Below, piece after piece: positions 36,676-46,321 of a DNA stretch of 62,025 nucleotides; within the stretch, counting starts at the first letter, position 1, and every line of letters starts with the position of its first letter. A program made the translations under genes and the position numbers. Where the stretch lies: assembly GCA_027859175.1 (NCBI GenBank), contig JAQIBG010000003.1, positions 1-62,025 on the forward strand, read 5' to 3'. The notes beneath the pieces were generated by a model. That model was not told the DNA's origin. It made no database searches and worked only from the letters and a program-made list of their open reading frames with translations. Source of the DNA: Planctomycetota bacterium (GTDB taxonomy: Bacteria; Planctomycetota; UBA11346).

Positions 36676-37040
36676 ACCAAAACACTCTTGTTGCCATCGT
36701 CTGCTTGCTGCTGGGCGTCGGCGGCGCCACCGCTTACTTCACGCTCACCGCGCCAGCACCCGCACCGGAGCACGGCGCCAACGCCGGCGCCTACTGCAAC
36801 GAACACAAGATTGATGAGGCAGACTGCCCATTTTGCAATCCCGCCATAATCGAACAGCGCGGACACTGCGACGCGCACCAGGTGGCCGAAGCCCTGTGCT
36901 ACCAATGTAACCCAAAGCTGATGGCCGCATTCAAGGCCGAGGGCGACTGGTGCGGCGGTCACAATGTCCCCGAGTCGCAATGCGAGCAGTGCGAATTCGG
37001 TGCCGTCCACCAGGGCCCCGACGCCAAACCCAAACTTTGA
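36672..37040 (+). CDS. Membrane-anchored protein with three C-x2-H-x6-C-x2-C repeats
   Basis: Anchor LVAIVCLLLGVGGATAYF. Repeats YCNEHKIDEADCPFCNP, HCDAHQVAEALCYQCNP and WCGGHNVPESQCEQCEF. Confidence 0.6.
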   Translation: MNQNTLVAIVCLLLGVGGATAYFTLTAPAPAPEHGANAGAYCNEHKIDEADCPFCNPAIIEQRGHCDAHQVAEALCYQCNPKLMAAFKAEGDWCGGHNVPESQCEQCEFGAVHQGPDAKPKL

Positions 37041-37249
37041 TCATACCCGCTTGGCAGCCAGCGAGCAGCCAAGCTACCCGAAACCAATAGGCTGTTGCAC
37101 GACACCTGCCTGCTAGCCTCAAGCATACCTTGGGCTCCCTGCAGTCGCCAATTTTCACGACCTTCTTGAGGCGACTCTTTTCCAGGGGCCTACGCCCCTT
37201 CACCCCCCGCAGGCTGACTGTCATGAGCCTGCCGAGAGGACGACCCGCC

Positions 37250-38572
37250 ATGAAAACCTGGTTGATCGGATTCGCCGTACTCACCTGTGCCCTTGGATCG
37301 GTCATCACAGCCGATCAGATGGGTCTGCTGCGCGCGACACCAAACACCTCGGCTCCACCAAGCACGGTGAGCAACCAAGCCCGCGCGGTCGCTACCAGTT
37401 CGGCCTCAGGCGAAGCCACGGCGCCCGCTGAACCAGCACCAGAAGATCTTGGCGAGCGCTTGCTACGACCACCATCGCCCACCTGTTCCAAAGCCGAGAC
37501 GCCAATCATTTTTGGCCATGGCGACGTAGCGAGCCAGGCCGGTATCAGCATCGTTACCGTGCGGCCCCACACCGGTGGGGCCACGGTCTCTGCCACGGGA
37601 CGCATCGCTTTCCCCACCAATCGCCATGCCACGCTGGCCAGTCGCGCCGACGGCATTGTTGCTGAAGTCGCGGTTGATCTTGGGCAGGCAGTCGAAGCCG
37701 GCACCGTGCTGCTACGCATCGATAGTAGTGCACTCGGACGGGCGCTAGCCCAACTCCATCAAGCTCAGTCGCAGCTGGGACTGTGGCAACAAACCGCTCA
37801 GCGCCATCGCCAACTCAGCGCAGAAGGTATCGGCCGCGCAGCCGAACTCACCACCGCCGAAAGCCGGCTGCGTGAGGCCGAAGCCGAACTCGACGCCGCA
37901 CGCCAAACCTTGCACACCCTCGGCCTCAGCACCGCAGAACTTACCGCCGCGCTGGCCGGTGAAACGATAGACCAGCACCTCCTTATGCGCGCACCATTTG
38001 CCGGCAGCGTGATTGCCGTTGAAGCCGCACCCGGTGAGCATTGCGCCCGCGGCGAGGTACTCGTCACCGTTGCCGACACCGCCCAGGTCTGGGCCCTACT
38101 CGACGTTCCCGAGCGCGATCTGAACCACGTCCGTCTCGGTCAACAAATTGCTGTGCGGTCCGACGCAGGCGGCGGCGACCCAGTCGTCGGCCAGGTTACC
38201 TGGATTGCACCCACCGTTGACGCGCGCACCCGCACGGTCCCGGTCCGCGTCGAACTGAATAACGCAGACGCGGCCTTCCGTAGCGGGCAGTTTGTGGTTG
38301 CGGCGATCCCACAGGCCGGAGACGCAGCGCTGAGCGTGATCTCGCGCGACGCGGTCCAATGGGATGGCTGCTGCAACGTGGTCTTTGTGCCCGGCGCGAG
38401 CGACCACGAGTTCAGAGTCCGCAAGATCCAGGTTGACCACCGCGCCGGCACCGAAGTCGCCATCGCCGAGGGCCTGAAACCCGGCGAACAGGTGGTCACC
38501 ACCGGCAGCTGGCTGTTAAAAACCGAGATCCTGAAGGGCTCGATTGGCGCCGGTTGCTGTGAAGTCCACTGA
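37250..38572 (+). CDS. czcB: HME-RND periplasmic adaptor (CzcB/HlyD family)
   Basis: Own signal/anchor MKTWLIGFAVLTCALGSV. Lipoyl/barrel motifs: ADGIVAEVAVDLGQAVEAGTVLLRIDS, RAPFAGSVIAV and GEQVVTTGSWLLKTE. Confidence 0.85.
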   Translation: MKTWLIGFAVLTCALGSVITADQMGLLRATPNTSAPPSTVSNQARAVATSSASGEATAPAEPAPEDLGERLLRPPSPTCSKAETPIIFGHGDVASQAGISIVTVRPHTGGATVSATGRIAFPTNRHATLASRADGIVAEVAVDLGQAVEAGTVLLRIDSSALGRALAQLHQAQSQLGLWQQTAQRHRQLSAEGIGRAAELTTAESRLREAEAELDAARQTLHTLGLSTAELTAALAGETIDQHLLMRAPFAGSVIAVEAAPGEHCARGEVLVTVADTAQVWALLDVPERDLNHVRLGQQIAVRSDAGGGDPVVGQVTWIAPTVDARTRTVPVRVELNNADAAFRSGQFVVAAIPQAGDAALSVISRDAVQWDGCCNVVFVPGASDHEFRVRKIQVDHRAGTEVAIAEGLKPGEQVVTTGSWLLKTEILKGSIGAGCCEVH

Positions 38573-38665
38573 GTCTTGAAAAGGCCGCATCAACCACTCG
38601 CGAATCCATCGTGCCCGGCCCTTGCGCCGCCCGCAGGCATTTCACCCGCCTGCTAGGAGACCTTC

Positions 38666-41600
38666 ATGCTCGCCCACGTCATCACCTGGTCGCTGCGCAA
38701 CCGCTGGCTGGTGCTGCTCCTCACTGCTGTTCTGGTTGGCTTTGGTGTTCGTGCGGTTTGGCGAATGCCGATCGACGCCTTCCCCGACACCACCCCGGTG
38801 ATGGTGCAAATAAATGCGACCGCCCCCGCCTACGCGCCAGAGGCGGTTGAGCAGCAAATCACCATCCCGATTGAACAGGTGGTCAGCGGCCTACCCGGCT
38901 TGGCCGAGGTGCGCAGTATCTCTAAGTTTGGCCTGTCCCAGGTGGTTGCGGTGTTCGACGACAAGGTCGACGTTTGGTTCGCACGCCAGGTAGTGGGCGA
39001 GCGTCTCAGCGAAGTCGACTTACCCACTGGCGTCAACCGGCCTAGTCTCGGCCCGGTGGCAACAGGTCTGGGCGAAGTCTACCATTACATGCTGGTGGGC
39101 GCGGGGCACAGCCTGGAAGAGTTGACGACCATTCACGACTGGGAAATCCGCCCGCGCTTGCTGTCGGTACCCGGCGTGGCCGAGGTCAACACCTGGGGCG
39201 GCGAACAACGCGAATACCAAGTCGTGATCGAACCCGACGCCTTGGTTGGCTACGACCTAACCATTGATGTCGTCGAAGACGCACTGCGACGCAACAATCT
39301 CACCGTTGGCGGCGGTCTCGTGTCGAGTGCTGGCGAGGCGCACTTGGTGCAGGGGCAAGCCCTGACCGTAACGCCCGAGGAGATCGGTGCGATCGTGGTC
39401 ACCGCGCATCAGGGCACACCGGTTCGTATCCGCGACCTCGGCCAAGCCCGGATTGGCCACACCATTCGCCGTGGCGCCGCCACTGCCGACGGTCACGGCG
39501 AGATCGTGCTCGGCTTGGCCTTCATGCTGATGGGCGAAAACCCACAAGCCGTCACCGCAGCGATCCACGAGCGGGTCAAACTGATCCAACAGACTCTGCC
39601 CCCAGGCGTCCGCATCGAACCCCTTTACCGCCGCACCGAACTCGTCGACGAAGTCATCACAACGGTGCGTAAGAACCTGCTTGAAGGTGCCATCCTGGTG
39701 ATCGCGGTACTGTTCGCGTTTCTCGGCAGCGTACGCGCAGGCCTGATCGTGGCCTCGGCGATCCCGTTTTCGATGCTAGTCGCAGCTGAGGGCATGCTGC
39801 ACTATGGCATCGCGGCGAGCCTGCTGTCTCTCGGCGCAATTGACTTCGGCCTCATCGTCGACTCCAGCGTGATTATGGTCGAAAATGCCGCCAGCCGCCT
39901 CGCCGGCCCATGGAAGGGTCGCACGCGCCTTGAGGTTATCCGCGATGCCGCGCTCGAAGTACGTGGTCCAACCATGTTTGGTGAGTTAATCATCCTCGTG
40001 GTATTCCTCCCCATCCTCACCCTCGAGGGAGTCGAAGGTAAATTATTTCGACCAATGGCGCTCACCATGGTGTTCGCTCTGTTCGGCAGCATGGTTCTGT
40101 CGCTGACCTTGATGCCGGTGCTCGCCAGCTTCCTGCTCCCCAATAAGGAAACCCACGGCGCCAAATGGCTCGTACGCGGCGTTCAGGCGCTCTACCGTCC
40201 AGCACTCGCCGCAGCACTCAATCTGCGCTGGCTGGTGGTGGCTGTAGCCATCACCCTGCTTGCAGCCGGGGCCTGGATGGCCACGCGGCTCGGTTCAGAG
40301 TTCATCCCCAAGCTGTCTGAAGGAGCGATCACGATCAACACCGTGCGGCTAGCCGGCGTCTCGCTCGAAGAGTCGGTACGCTACGGCGATCGCCTCGAGC
40401 ACACCATTCGCGAACTCTACCCCAACGAAGTCAACCACGTCTGGACTCGCACCGGCACGGCTGCCGTCGCCACCGACCCAATGGGCCTCGAAGTGTCAGA
40501 TGTTTTCATCACGCTGCATCCACGCGCACATTGGCGCCGCGCCGAAACCCAATCTGAGCTGGTTGAACTGATGCAGATCGAACTCGGCCAATTGCCGGGC
40601 ATGCGCATGATCTACTCCCAGCCCATTGAGATGCGGATCAACGAGATGACGGCCGGCATCCGCTCAGACCTGGGGGTCAAGATCTTCGGCCCCGATCTCG
40701 ACGCCCTATCGCAACGCGCGCAACAAGCACAGGCCATCCTCGAGACCATCCCCGGAGCCGGCGACGTCAGCGTTGAACAGCTCACCGGCCAGCCGATCCT
40801 CGCAGTCGAAGTCAAACAAGAGGCCATCGCCCGCTATGGCGTACCCGCGCGTCACGTGCTGCAATTCGTTGAAGCCATCGGTGGCACGCCCGTTGGCGAG
40901 GTCCGAATCGGTGACCGCCGCTTCCCCCTCACGATCCGCCTGCCCGACCGCTTCCGCGCTGACACACGCGCGCTAGACGAGGTCCTCGTCACCACAGAGA
41001 CCGGTGAGCGCATCCCGCTAGCGCAGCTCGCAAACATCCGTGAGATCGACGGACCGGCCACCGTCACCCGCGAATGGCAGAAGCGCCGTGTCGTGGTATC
41101 AGTCAACATTCGTGGTCGAGATCTGGGTAGTTTTGTCGCCGAAGCCGAACAGCGACTCGCAGCCGAACTGCCGCTGCAAGCCAATGAATACTTCGCCTTC
41201 GGTGGGCAGTACGAACACCTTCAGCGCAGTCAGACTCGGCTACTGGTGGTGATCCCCTTGGCGCTCGGATTGATCCTGATCCTGCTGTTCGCTTCAACCC
41301 GCAGCCTGCGCGACAGTCTAATCATTTTCACCGGCGCGCCGCTGGCGACCGTCGGCGGTCTAGCCGCGCTCCATCTGCGGGATATGCCGTTCACGATCTC
41401 AGCCGCAGTCGGATTCGTTGCCGTGTCAGGCGTCGCCATGCTCAACGGTCTGGTATTAACCGCCACCATCCGCCGCAGACTCGACGACGGCGAGCCAGCA
41501 TTCGAGGCGATCCACGCCGCGTGCCTGCAACGCCTGCGTCCGATCTTGATGACCGCACTGGTAGCCGCACTCGGCTTCGTGCCGATGGCCCTCAACACCG

Positions 41601-41752
41601 GCGTTGGGGCCGAAGTCCAGCGCCCCTTGGCCACCGTCGTGATCGGCGGCGTGATCTCCGATAATATCCTGACCCTACTGGTGCTGCCAGCACTCTACGC
41701 CATCTTCACCCAGGCCCGCGACAAGCCAAAAACCGAGCGATCAGGCGGTTGA
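38666..41752 (+). CDS. czcA: CzcA-type (divalent-cation class) HME-RND pump
   Basis: AGGAG lies 6 nt upstream of the ATG. 1028 aa. The TM4 signature SLGAIDFGLIVDSSVIMVEN (39827..39886) is a variant of the DFG-DGA-VEN signature of divalent-metal HME-RND pumps. Confidence 0.9.
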   Translation: MLAHVITWSLRNRWLVLLLTAVLVGFGVRAVWRMPIDAFPDTTPVMVQINATAPAYAPEAVEQQITIPIEQVVSGLPGLAEVRSISKFGLSQVVAVFDDKVDVWFARQVVGERLSEVDLPTGVNRPSLGPVATGLGEVYHYMLVGAGHSLEELTTIHDWEIRPRLLSVPGVAEVNTWGGEQREYQVVIEPDALVGYDLTIDVVEDALRRNNLTVGGGLVSSAGEAHLVQGQALTVTPEEIGAIVVTAHQGTPVRIRDLGQARIGHTIRRGAATADGHGEIVLGLAFMLMGENPQAVTAAIHERVKLIQQTLPPGVRIEPLYRRTELVDEVITTVRKNLLEGAILVIAVLFAFLGSVRAGLIVASAIPFSMLVAAEGMLHYGIAASLLSLGAIDFGLIVDSSVIMVENAASRLAGPWKGRTRLEVIRDAALEVRGPTMFGELIILVVFLPILTLEGVEGKLFRPMALTMVFALFGSMVLSLTLMPVLASFLLPNKETHGAKWLVRGVQALYRPALAAALNLRWLVVAVAITLLAAGAWMATRLGSEFIPKLSEGAITINTVRLAGVSLEESVRYGDRLEHTIRELYPNEVNHVWTRTGTAAVATDPMGLEVSDVFITLHPRAHWRRAETQSELVELMQIELGQLPGMRMIYSQPIEMRINEMTAGIRSDLGVKIFGPDLDALSQRAQQAQAILETIPGAGDVSVEQLTGQPILAVEVKQEAIARYGVPARHVLQFVEAIGGTPVGEVRIGDRRFPLTIRLPDRFRADTRALDEVLVTTETGERIPLAQLANIREIDGPATVTREWQKRRVVVSVNIRGRDLGSFVAEAEQRLAAELPLQANEYFAFGGQYEHLQRSQTRLLVVIPLALGLILILLFASTRSLRDSLIIFTGAPLATVGGLAALHLRDMPFTISAAVGFVAVSGVAMLNGLVLTATIRRRLDDGEPAFEAIHAACLQRLRPILMTALVAALGFVPMALNTGVGAEVQRPLATVVIGGVISDNILTLLVLPALYAIFTQARDKPKTERSGG

Positions 41753-41817
41753 GTGCGCCTCGGTCATGTAACGCCTGCCGAGAAACGCAGCCACGCGCCA
41801 AGAGAGTTCACATTGAC

Positions 41818-41851
41818 GCATGAAGGCCGCCCATCTGGGCAGCCTTCATGC
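41818..41851. terminator. Strong hairpin between czcA and the convergent gene
   Basis: gcatgaaggc c gccca tc tgggc a gccttcatgc forms 10 + 5 bp of stem. There is no U-tract on either strand. Confidence 0.5.
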
Positions 41852-41916
41852 ACGACAATCCCTGCCGTAATAAGCGCATCTACTTTTCTAGCGCCATTTT
41901 CCCTGGCCTGCGAGGG

Positions 41917-42399
41917 CTACTCCTGAGGGATAACTAAAAGAGGCAACTGACCAAAGCTGAGGTAGTTCTTCGTCGTCACATCAAACGCATCCCTTTGTGA
42001 GGGGTCAGTAAACCAAACGTCGTTCCCTTCAGCCCAAGCCACCAGGTCGGTCATCGCACCGACCTCCGCCTGTCCCACAAGCATTTGGGTACGGTCCGCG
42101 TACAGGGCCGCAACTATTTTACGATCAAGATCGATCAACTTCCCTAACTCAAGTCCGCCATGCAGAAATCCGATCTGCACCATGCGCCCGGCCAGTTCAT
42201 CAAAGACTTCGGCGTCCTTCATCCGGGCATATTCATTGAGCTGCAGTCGCACCTCTTGCTCCACCTCAAGTATCTGTCCGACCAAAATTGCGGACTGGAC
42301 CAAGCCCGACACATAAGCCGGACTTCGCTCACCCTCTTGAGCCCCGCAGATGAATATCGTCATGAACGACAAGATCAGAACCGTACACACGCGAATCAT
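41917..42399 (-). CDS. Hypothetical exported protein in a low-GC islet
   Basis: GGGGAG lies 7 nt upstream of ATG 42399. Signal peptide MIRVCTVLILSFMTIFICGA/QE. No recognisable family. The local sequence is clearly richer in A+T than the flanks. Confidence 0.5.
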   Translation of the reverse strand: MIRVCTVLILSFMTIFICGAQEGERSPAYVSGLVQSAILVGQILEVEQEVRLQLNEYARMKDAEVFDELAGRMVQIGFLHGGLELGKLIDLDRKIVAALYADRTQMLVGQAEVGAMTDLVAWAEGNDVWFTDPSQRDAFDVTTKNYLSFGQLPLLVIPQE

Positions 42400-42558
42400 T
42401 ATACCGCTCCCCACAACAGGCCCACTCGATCGCATTGAGAACACAATCTTTTCACACCTTCAACGCTACCCAATTCACCCAACCGTTCCACCAGTGCCTG
42501 GGTCGCACCCTTGCTTTAACGCGGTAACCGATCCAGCCACATTCGTTTGCGCATGCGG

Positions 42559-43458
42559 CTAGCCGTCACCCTCAGGCGAGGTAGTCATGGCGGGGGTATA
42601 AGCGTCTCCATCTAGTGGGACTGCGAAGCGCAGGCCGGTGCGGCCGTCGCGGTCAAGGGGCACCGCTGTCGAGTGTGGCTGCCAAAGGTGCTCGGCGTCG
42701 ATCGCGTCGAAGGTCACGATACGCGTGGCGCTGGCGGCGGCATCTCGCCGGCCCCCGGTAATCATGCCCGCGAAGTTGCCGGGCATCCCGGTGGTGTGCC
42801 AATCGAAGTTATCGGAGTAGGTCCACACGTAGCGATCGGTGGTCAAGAAAGCCTGGGTAACGCAGTACTTCGCCCAGGCGTCCTGCTCAGCATCACTCAG
42901 ACTGTTTGCGCCGCTCCACGATGGCATGTAGGCCCCGTAGGGGAAATCAGGGTACAGCGCGTTGGCCAGCTGCATGTGACTGCGGTACTTGGCCTGGGCC
43001 TCAGTGGAGAAATAGACCCCGGCCGCGTCGTCCTTGTGGTATTGACGGTACGGTCCGAAGTCGCCGCCGGTCGGAAAATAATATGAGAACTCGTTACCGT
43101 CGATGATGGTGGTCCCGTCACTGGCACCTAGCAGCATGCCTTCCACGAACGCGGGATAGAGCGAGTAATCAGCAGCTTGACCGCTGGTGGCCGGTTCAAG
43201 TTCCGCCAGTACCTCGCTCGGGATTTTGCTATGATCGATGGTCAAGAACTCGGTGCCCGAGAGAAACAACAACAAGACTTGGACCTTGGGGACCTCCTCC
43301 TGAAGCACCCCAATCCACTCGCGACCGCGCTGCCGGACCTTGGCCCAATGCTCAGCATAGCTCTTGCTGTCAGCGTGAGCGCTACTGCGCCAACGCCACG
43401 GCTTGGCACCGTAGCTTTCCGGATCTAGGCAAATCCCGGCGGCGCGACCGATGATCAC
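42559..43458 (-). CDS. Hypothetical protein, possibly 5'-truncated
   Basis: 299-aa ORF with a GTG start and no signal peptide or RBS. The frame stays open 21 codons upstream to a TAG (43522..43524) with no better start codon. No family recognised. Confidence 0.35.
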   Translation of the reverse strand: MIIGRAAGICLDPESYGAKPWRWRSSAHADSKSYAEHWAKVRQRGREWIGVLQEEVPKVQVLLLFLSGTEFLTIDHSKIPSEVLAELEPATSGQAADYSLYPAFVEGMLLGASDGTTIIDGNEFSYYFPTGGDFGPYRQYHKDDAAGVYFSTEAQAKYRSHMQLANALYPDFPYGAYMPSWSGANSLSDAEQDAWAKYCVTQAFLTTDRYVWTYSDNFDWHTTGMPGNFAGMITGGRRDAAASATRIVTFDAIDAEHLWQPHSTAVPLDRDGRTGLRFAVPLDGDAYTPAMTTSPEGDG

Positions 43459-43977
43459 CGCGCGGGCATAGCTGCGGGTATTGGCCAGGGCGCCGGCCCG
43501 CTGCCCACGCTGCGCGCCGCGCTACCGGTTATCTGCGTGGTGCCGATGCTGTGGCGTGCTCTGCCCTCGATTCCGCTGATCATTGTTGCCGAGATCGCCA
43601 GCGGCCTCGCTTGGTGCACCGCTGAATGCGCAATCGCAATCCTTCTGTTCGGCTGCCATCACAACCCCAACACTCGGGCCCGCCTCATCGCCCTGCATCA
43701 AAGCATCTCCAGCCTGATCGTTATGGCCTGCAGCATGCTTGGCGCAGCAATCCTGGTGTTGATGCCCGCCTGGACCGGCAGCACCTATCGCGACTTGTTC
43801 CAACTCTCCGGCCTGCTGCGCATCCCCGGCGTGATTCTGGCGCTGATGATGCTGCCCTCGCTGAAGCTCCTGACCAAACCCGGCCGAACCCGACTCCGTC
43901 AGGCGCTGGCTCAAGTCCCACCGCCCACCATCCTCGGCCGCGGCTTGCTGCGCTTTATGCGTCGACCCGAAGGCTGA
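43456..43977 (+). pseudogene. 3' fragment of an MFS-type transporter gene (last about 4 TM segments)
   Basis: The frame is open from 43456: ..LPVICVVPMLWRALPSIPLIIVAEIASGLAWCTAECAIAILLFG..LIVMACSMLGAAILVLMP..LLRIPGVILALMMLP. There is no N-terminal half, and it abuts/overlaps the start of the opposite-strand ORF. Confidence 0.35.
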
Positions 43978-44216
43978 GTCGCTGCTAGACTCGTTGTGGC
44001 AAGCATGGGCGATGAGCGATCGGCACAGGGAAGCATCGGTGCCAGCGCTCGCCCAAACGCATGGAAGCTCACAACAGTGACTCTCCCCATGATCCAAGCC
44101 GAACTAGACACCAGCCTACGACCAAGGGCCCCTGCCCACACATAAACCCGGCTGTCCCCAAAACCAAGGACCCACAGCGCCCACAAGGGCGCGCCCCAGG
44201 ACCACCCCCAGCAATC

Positions 44217-46238
44217 TCAAATCGCCGCCGGCGCCCCATCCATAAGCATCGAGGCAAAAGCGATGCCCCAATTGTAATCGGGCTGGTGATGCGCTTCATA
44301 TTTATTTGGATCGGTGCGCATGTTCTCTGGGAAGGACGGATCGCGCAGCCAAGCCGCGAGCAGGCGCTTGCGCGCTTCGGCCGCGGCCTCGTGGTAGCCT
44401 TCGCGCTCCAGCATTTCGAGCAGCCACCACGAAATCTGAGGCCAGGCCTTGCCGCGCCAATATTGATTCTCGTCGTAGCTTTTCTCGTCGTAGGCCACGG
44501 AGGGAAAAGGAATCGGGCCGAAGAACTGGGCTGGATCGAGCAACACCTCCTCGATCAAGGCGCGTTTGGTTGCGGCCGGCATCTCCATACCAGCCCAGAT
44601 CGGCCAGCACATGTAGAAGGTTTTGGCCTTCACATGGCGGCCGGTCATGTGGCAGAAATCCCAGAAGCGATGTTCTTCTGGCACATAGCAGACGCGCATG
44701 AAAGCCTCATGACGTTTGGCCGCCTCGTCGCGCAACCAGCGAGCCTCATCCTGTTTACCGAGACGCTCAGCGAAAGCCGCTAGGCTATGCGCATCGCGGT
44801 GCAGAAAGGCATTGAGCGAGACTGAGGCCTGCGGGCCGAGCCAACTGGTGGTGCCGCCGGTAAATAAATCATACAGCGGCGAATCGTCTGCGGTTTGCCC
44901 GCCCCACTGCCATTCCATGAGCCCATCGCCATCGCGATCAGCGCAGCGCAGCCAATGCCGATGGTTGCACATCATGGTCGGATAGAAGTCGGCGAGAAAG
45001 GCCTCGTCGTCAGGATTAACAGCCAGGTAGCGCTCCATCGCCCAGCTGGCCACCGGGGCCTGAGCCTGGCCGAGAACACTGCGCCCGGGCACCTGATAAT
45101 TCCACACGTGCTCAGGATTCCACCCCGCCGCATCCTGGCGACAGAACACGGTTTTCATCGCACCGCGTGCGAAGGTCGGGTTCCAGGGCGCCAATGCGGC
45201 GCTGGTGAACAGCCCGTCCCAAAAGAAATTACGGGTGAAGCCGCCATTATTGGCCACGCAGGTGCAGGCGATGTCATGGCCAAATTCGCCGCCGTTGCCA
45301 TCGGCCTGATAGCCGCAGCGCAGCAGGGCCCAGCGCGCGCGCCAAGCCTTGCGTTGCAAATGGGGCGGGCATGCCGGCGGCGTGTCGAGAGCGACATTAC
45401 GCTCAAAGGCACACCGCGCCTCAGTGATAGCGGCATCGATGTCGAGACTGGCGGGATCGATCGCCTGCCGCAAAGGCTCGGCGCAGGCTTGCGTGGCAAC
45501 GGTGGCCTCGCAGGTGAAATGATGGTCAACCGGGCTGCCGGGGGCCACGCTGAGCACCCCACTGAATTGATAGTGGAGGCCGCAAGCCTGATCGGTGCTG
45601 ACCTCGCGCTCAGTACCCAGACCCATCCACAGTGGCTGATCACTGCACCCACTCGCCAAGCCACCGGCACTACGAACCTGAAAGCCGGGCGCGGGCAGTT
45701 GCCCGCATTCGTCATGCAGGCCACCCTCGATCATGCTGCCCTGACAACGAAGCCAATTGCGCCGCAGCGGGTGATCGGCTTCCAGGCCGTGATCAACCAA
45801 TTGCTGCGCCGAACGGTTGTGCCGGTCGCCCGTGGTCAAACCGCTATAGAGCACCGTGCAGCGCAGGCTCGAAGCGCCACTGGCGCTGAAACGGAAGCGA
45901 CTGGCCAACACGCGGGGGCTGAGGTAGCAGTGCTCGGCCACCACCGCAATGCAGCCATCAGCCAGATCGATTTGGCCGCGCTCGCGCACCAACCACGGCA
46001 GATGGCTCAGTTCCTGACGCACCACCGGAGCCAACTGGCCATCAATGTCGACCCAGAGGTTGAGCAAGCAGTCAACGGCTTGCGCCGTGAGATTGGTCGA
46101 ACGCAGCGCCATCATGCACGGGCCCATACCACGGCCCTGCTCAAAAACGGTGCCGAACTGCGCGAACCGGTCAATGAAGGGGAAGGCGTAGCGATCGCAG
46201 GGTATGAGATTTGCGAAGAGTTCAGCGCTATCAGGCAT
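44217..46238 (-). CDS. GH63/trehalase-like (alpha/alpha)6-barrel glycoside hydrolase
   Basis: AGGAG lies 7 nt upstream of ATG 46238. The C-terminal region (NFFWDGLF, DGDGLMEW, YWRGKAWPQISWWLLEML) resembles GH63/GH37-type catalytic domains. Confidence 0.7.
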   Translation of the reverse strand: MPDSAELFANLIPCDRYAFPFIDRFAQFGTVFEQGRGMGPCMMALRSTNLTAQAVDCLLNLWVDIDGQLAPVVRQELSHLPWLVRERGQIDLADGCIAVVAEHCYLSPRVLASRFRFSASGASSLRCTVLYSGLTTGDRHNRSAQQLVDHGLEADHPLRRNWLRCQGSMIEGGLHDECGQLPAPGFQVRSAGGLASGCSDQPLWMGLGTEREVSTDQACGLHYQFSGVLSVAPGSPVDHHFTCEATVATQACAEPLRQAIDPASLDIDAAITEARCAFERNVALDTPPACPPHLQRKAWRARWALLRCGYQADGNGGEFGHDIACTCVANNGGFTRNFFWDGLFTSAALAPWNPTFARGAMKTVFCRQDAAGWNPEHVWNYQVPGRSVLGQAQAPVASWAMERYLAVNPDDEAFLADFYPTMMCNHRHWLRCADRDGDGLMEWQWGGQTADDSPLYDLFTGGTTSWLGPQASVSLNAFLHRDAHSLAAFAERLGKQDEARWLRDEAAKRHEAFMRVCYVPEEHRFWDFCHMTGRHVKAKTFYMCWPIWAGMEMPAATKRALIEEVLLDPAQFFGPIPFPSVAYDEKSYDENQYWRGKAWPQISWWLLEMLEREGYHEAAAEARKRLLAAWLRDPSFPENMRTDPNKYEAHHQPDYNWGIAFASMLMDGAPAAI

Positions 46239-46321
46239 GGGGGTTCTCCTGTCCGTTATGACAGCATACCAGAGTGTCATTGCGCGTGCAAACCGCCGAT
46301 ATGACATAAAACTTGACTGAA

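Noticed and set aside
44895-46304. 469-aa plus-strand ORF opposite the GH63-like gene
   Set aside because: The minus-strand frame carries the glycosidase motifs and a good RBS. The plus-strand frame is Ala/Gly/Arg-rich nonsense.
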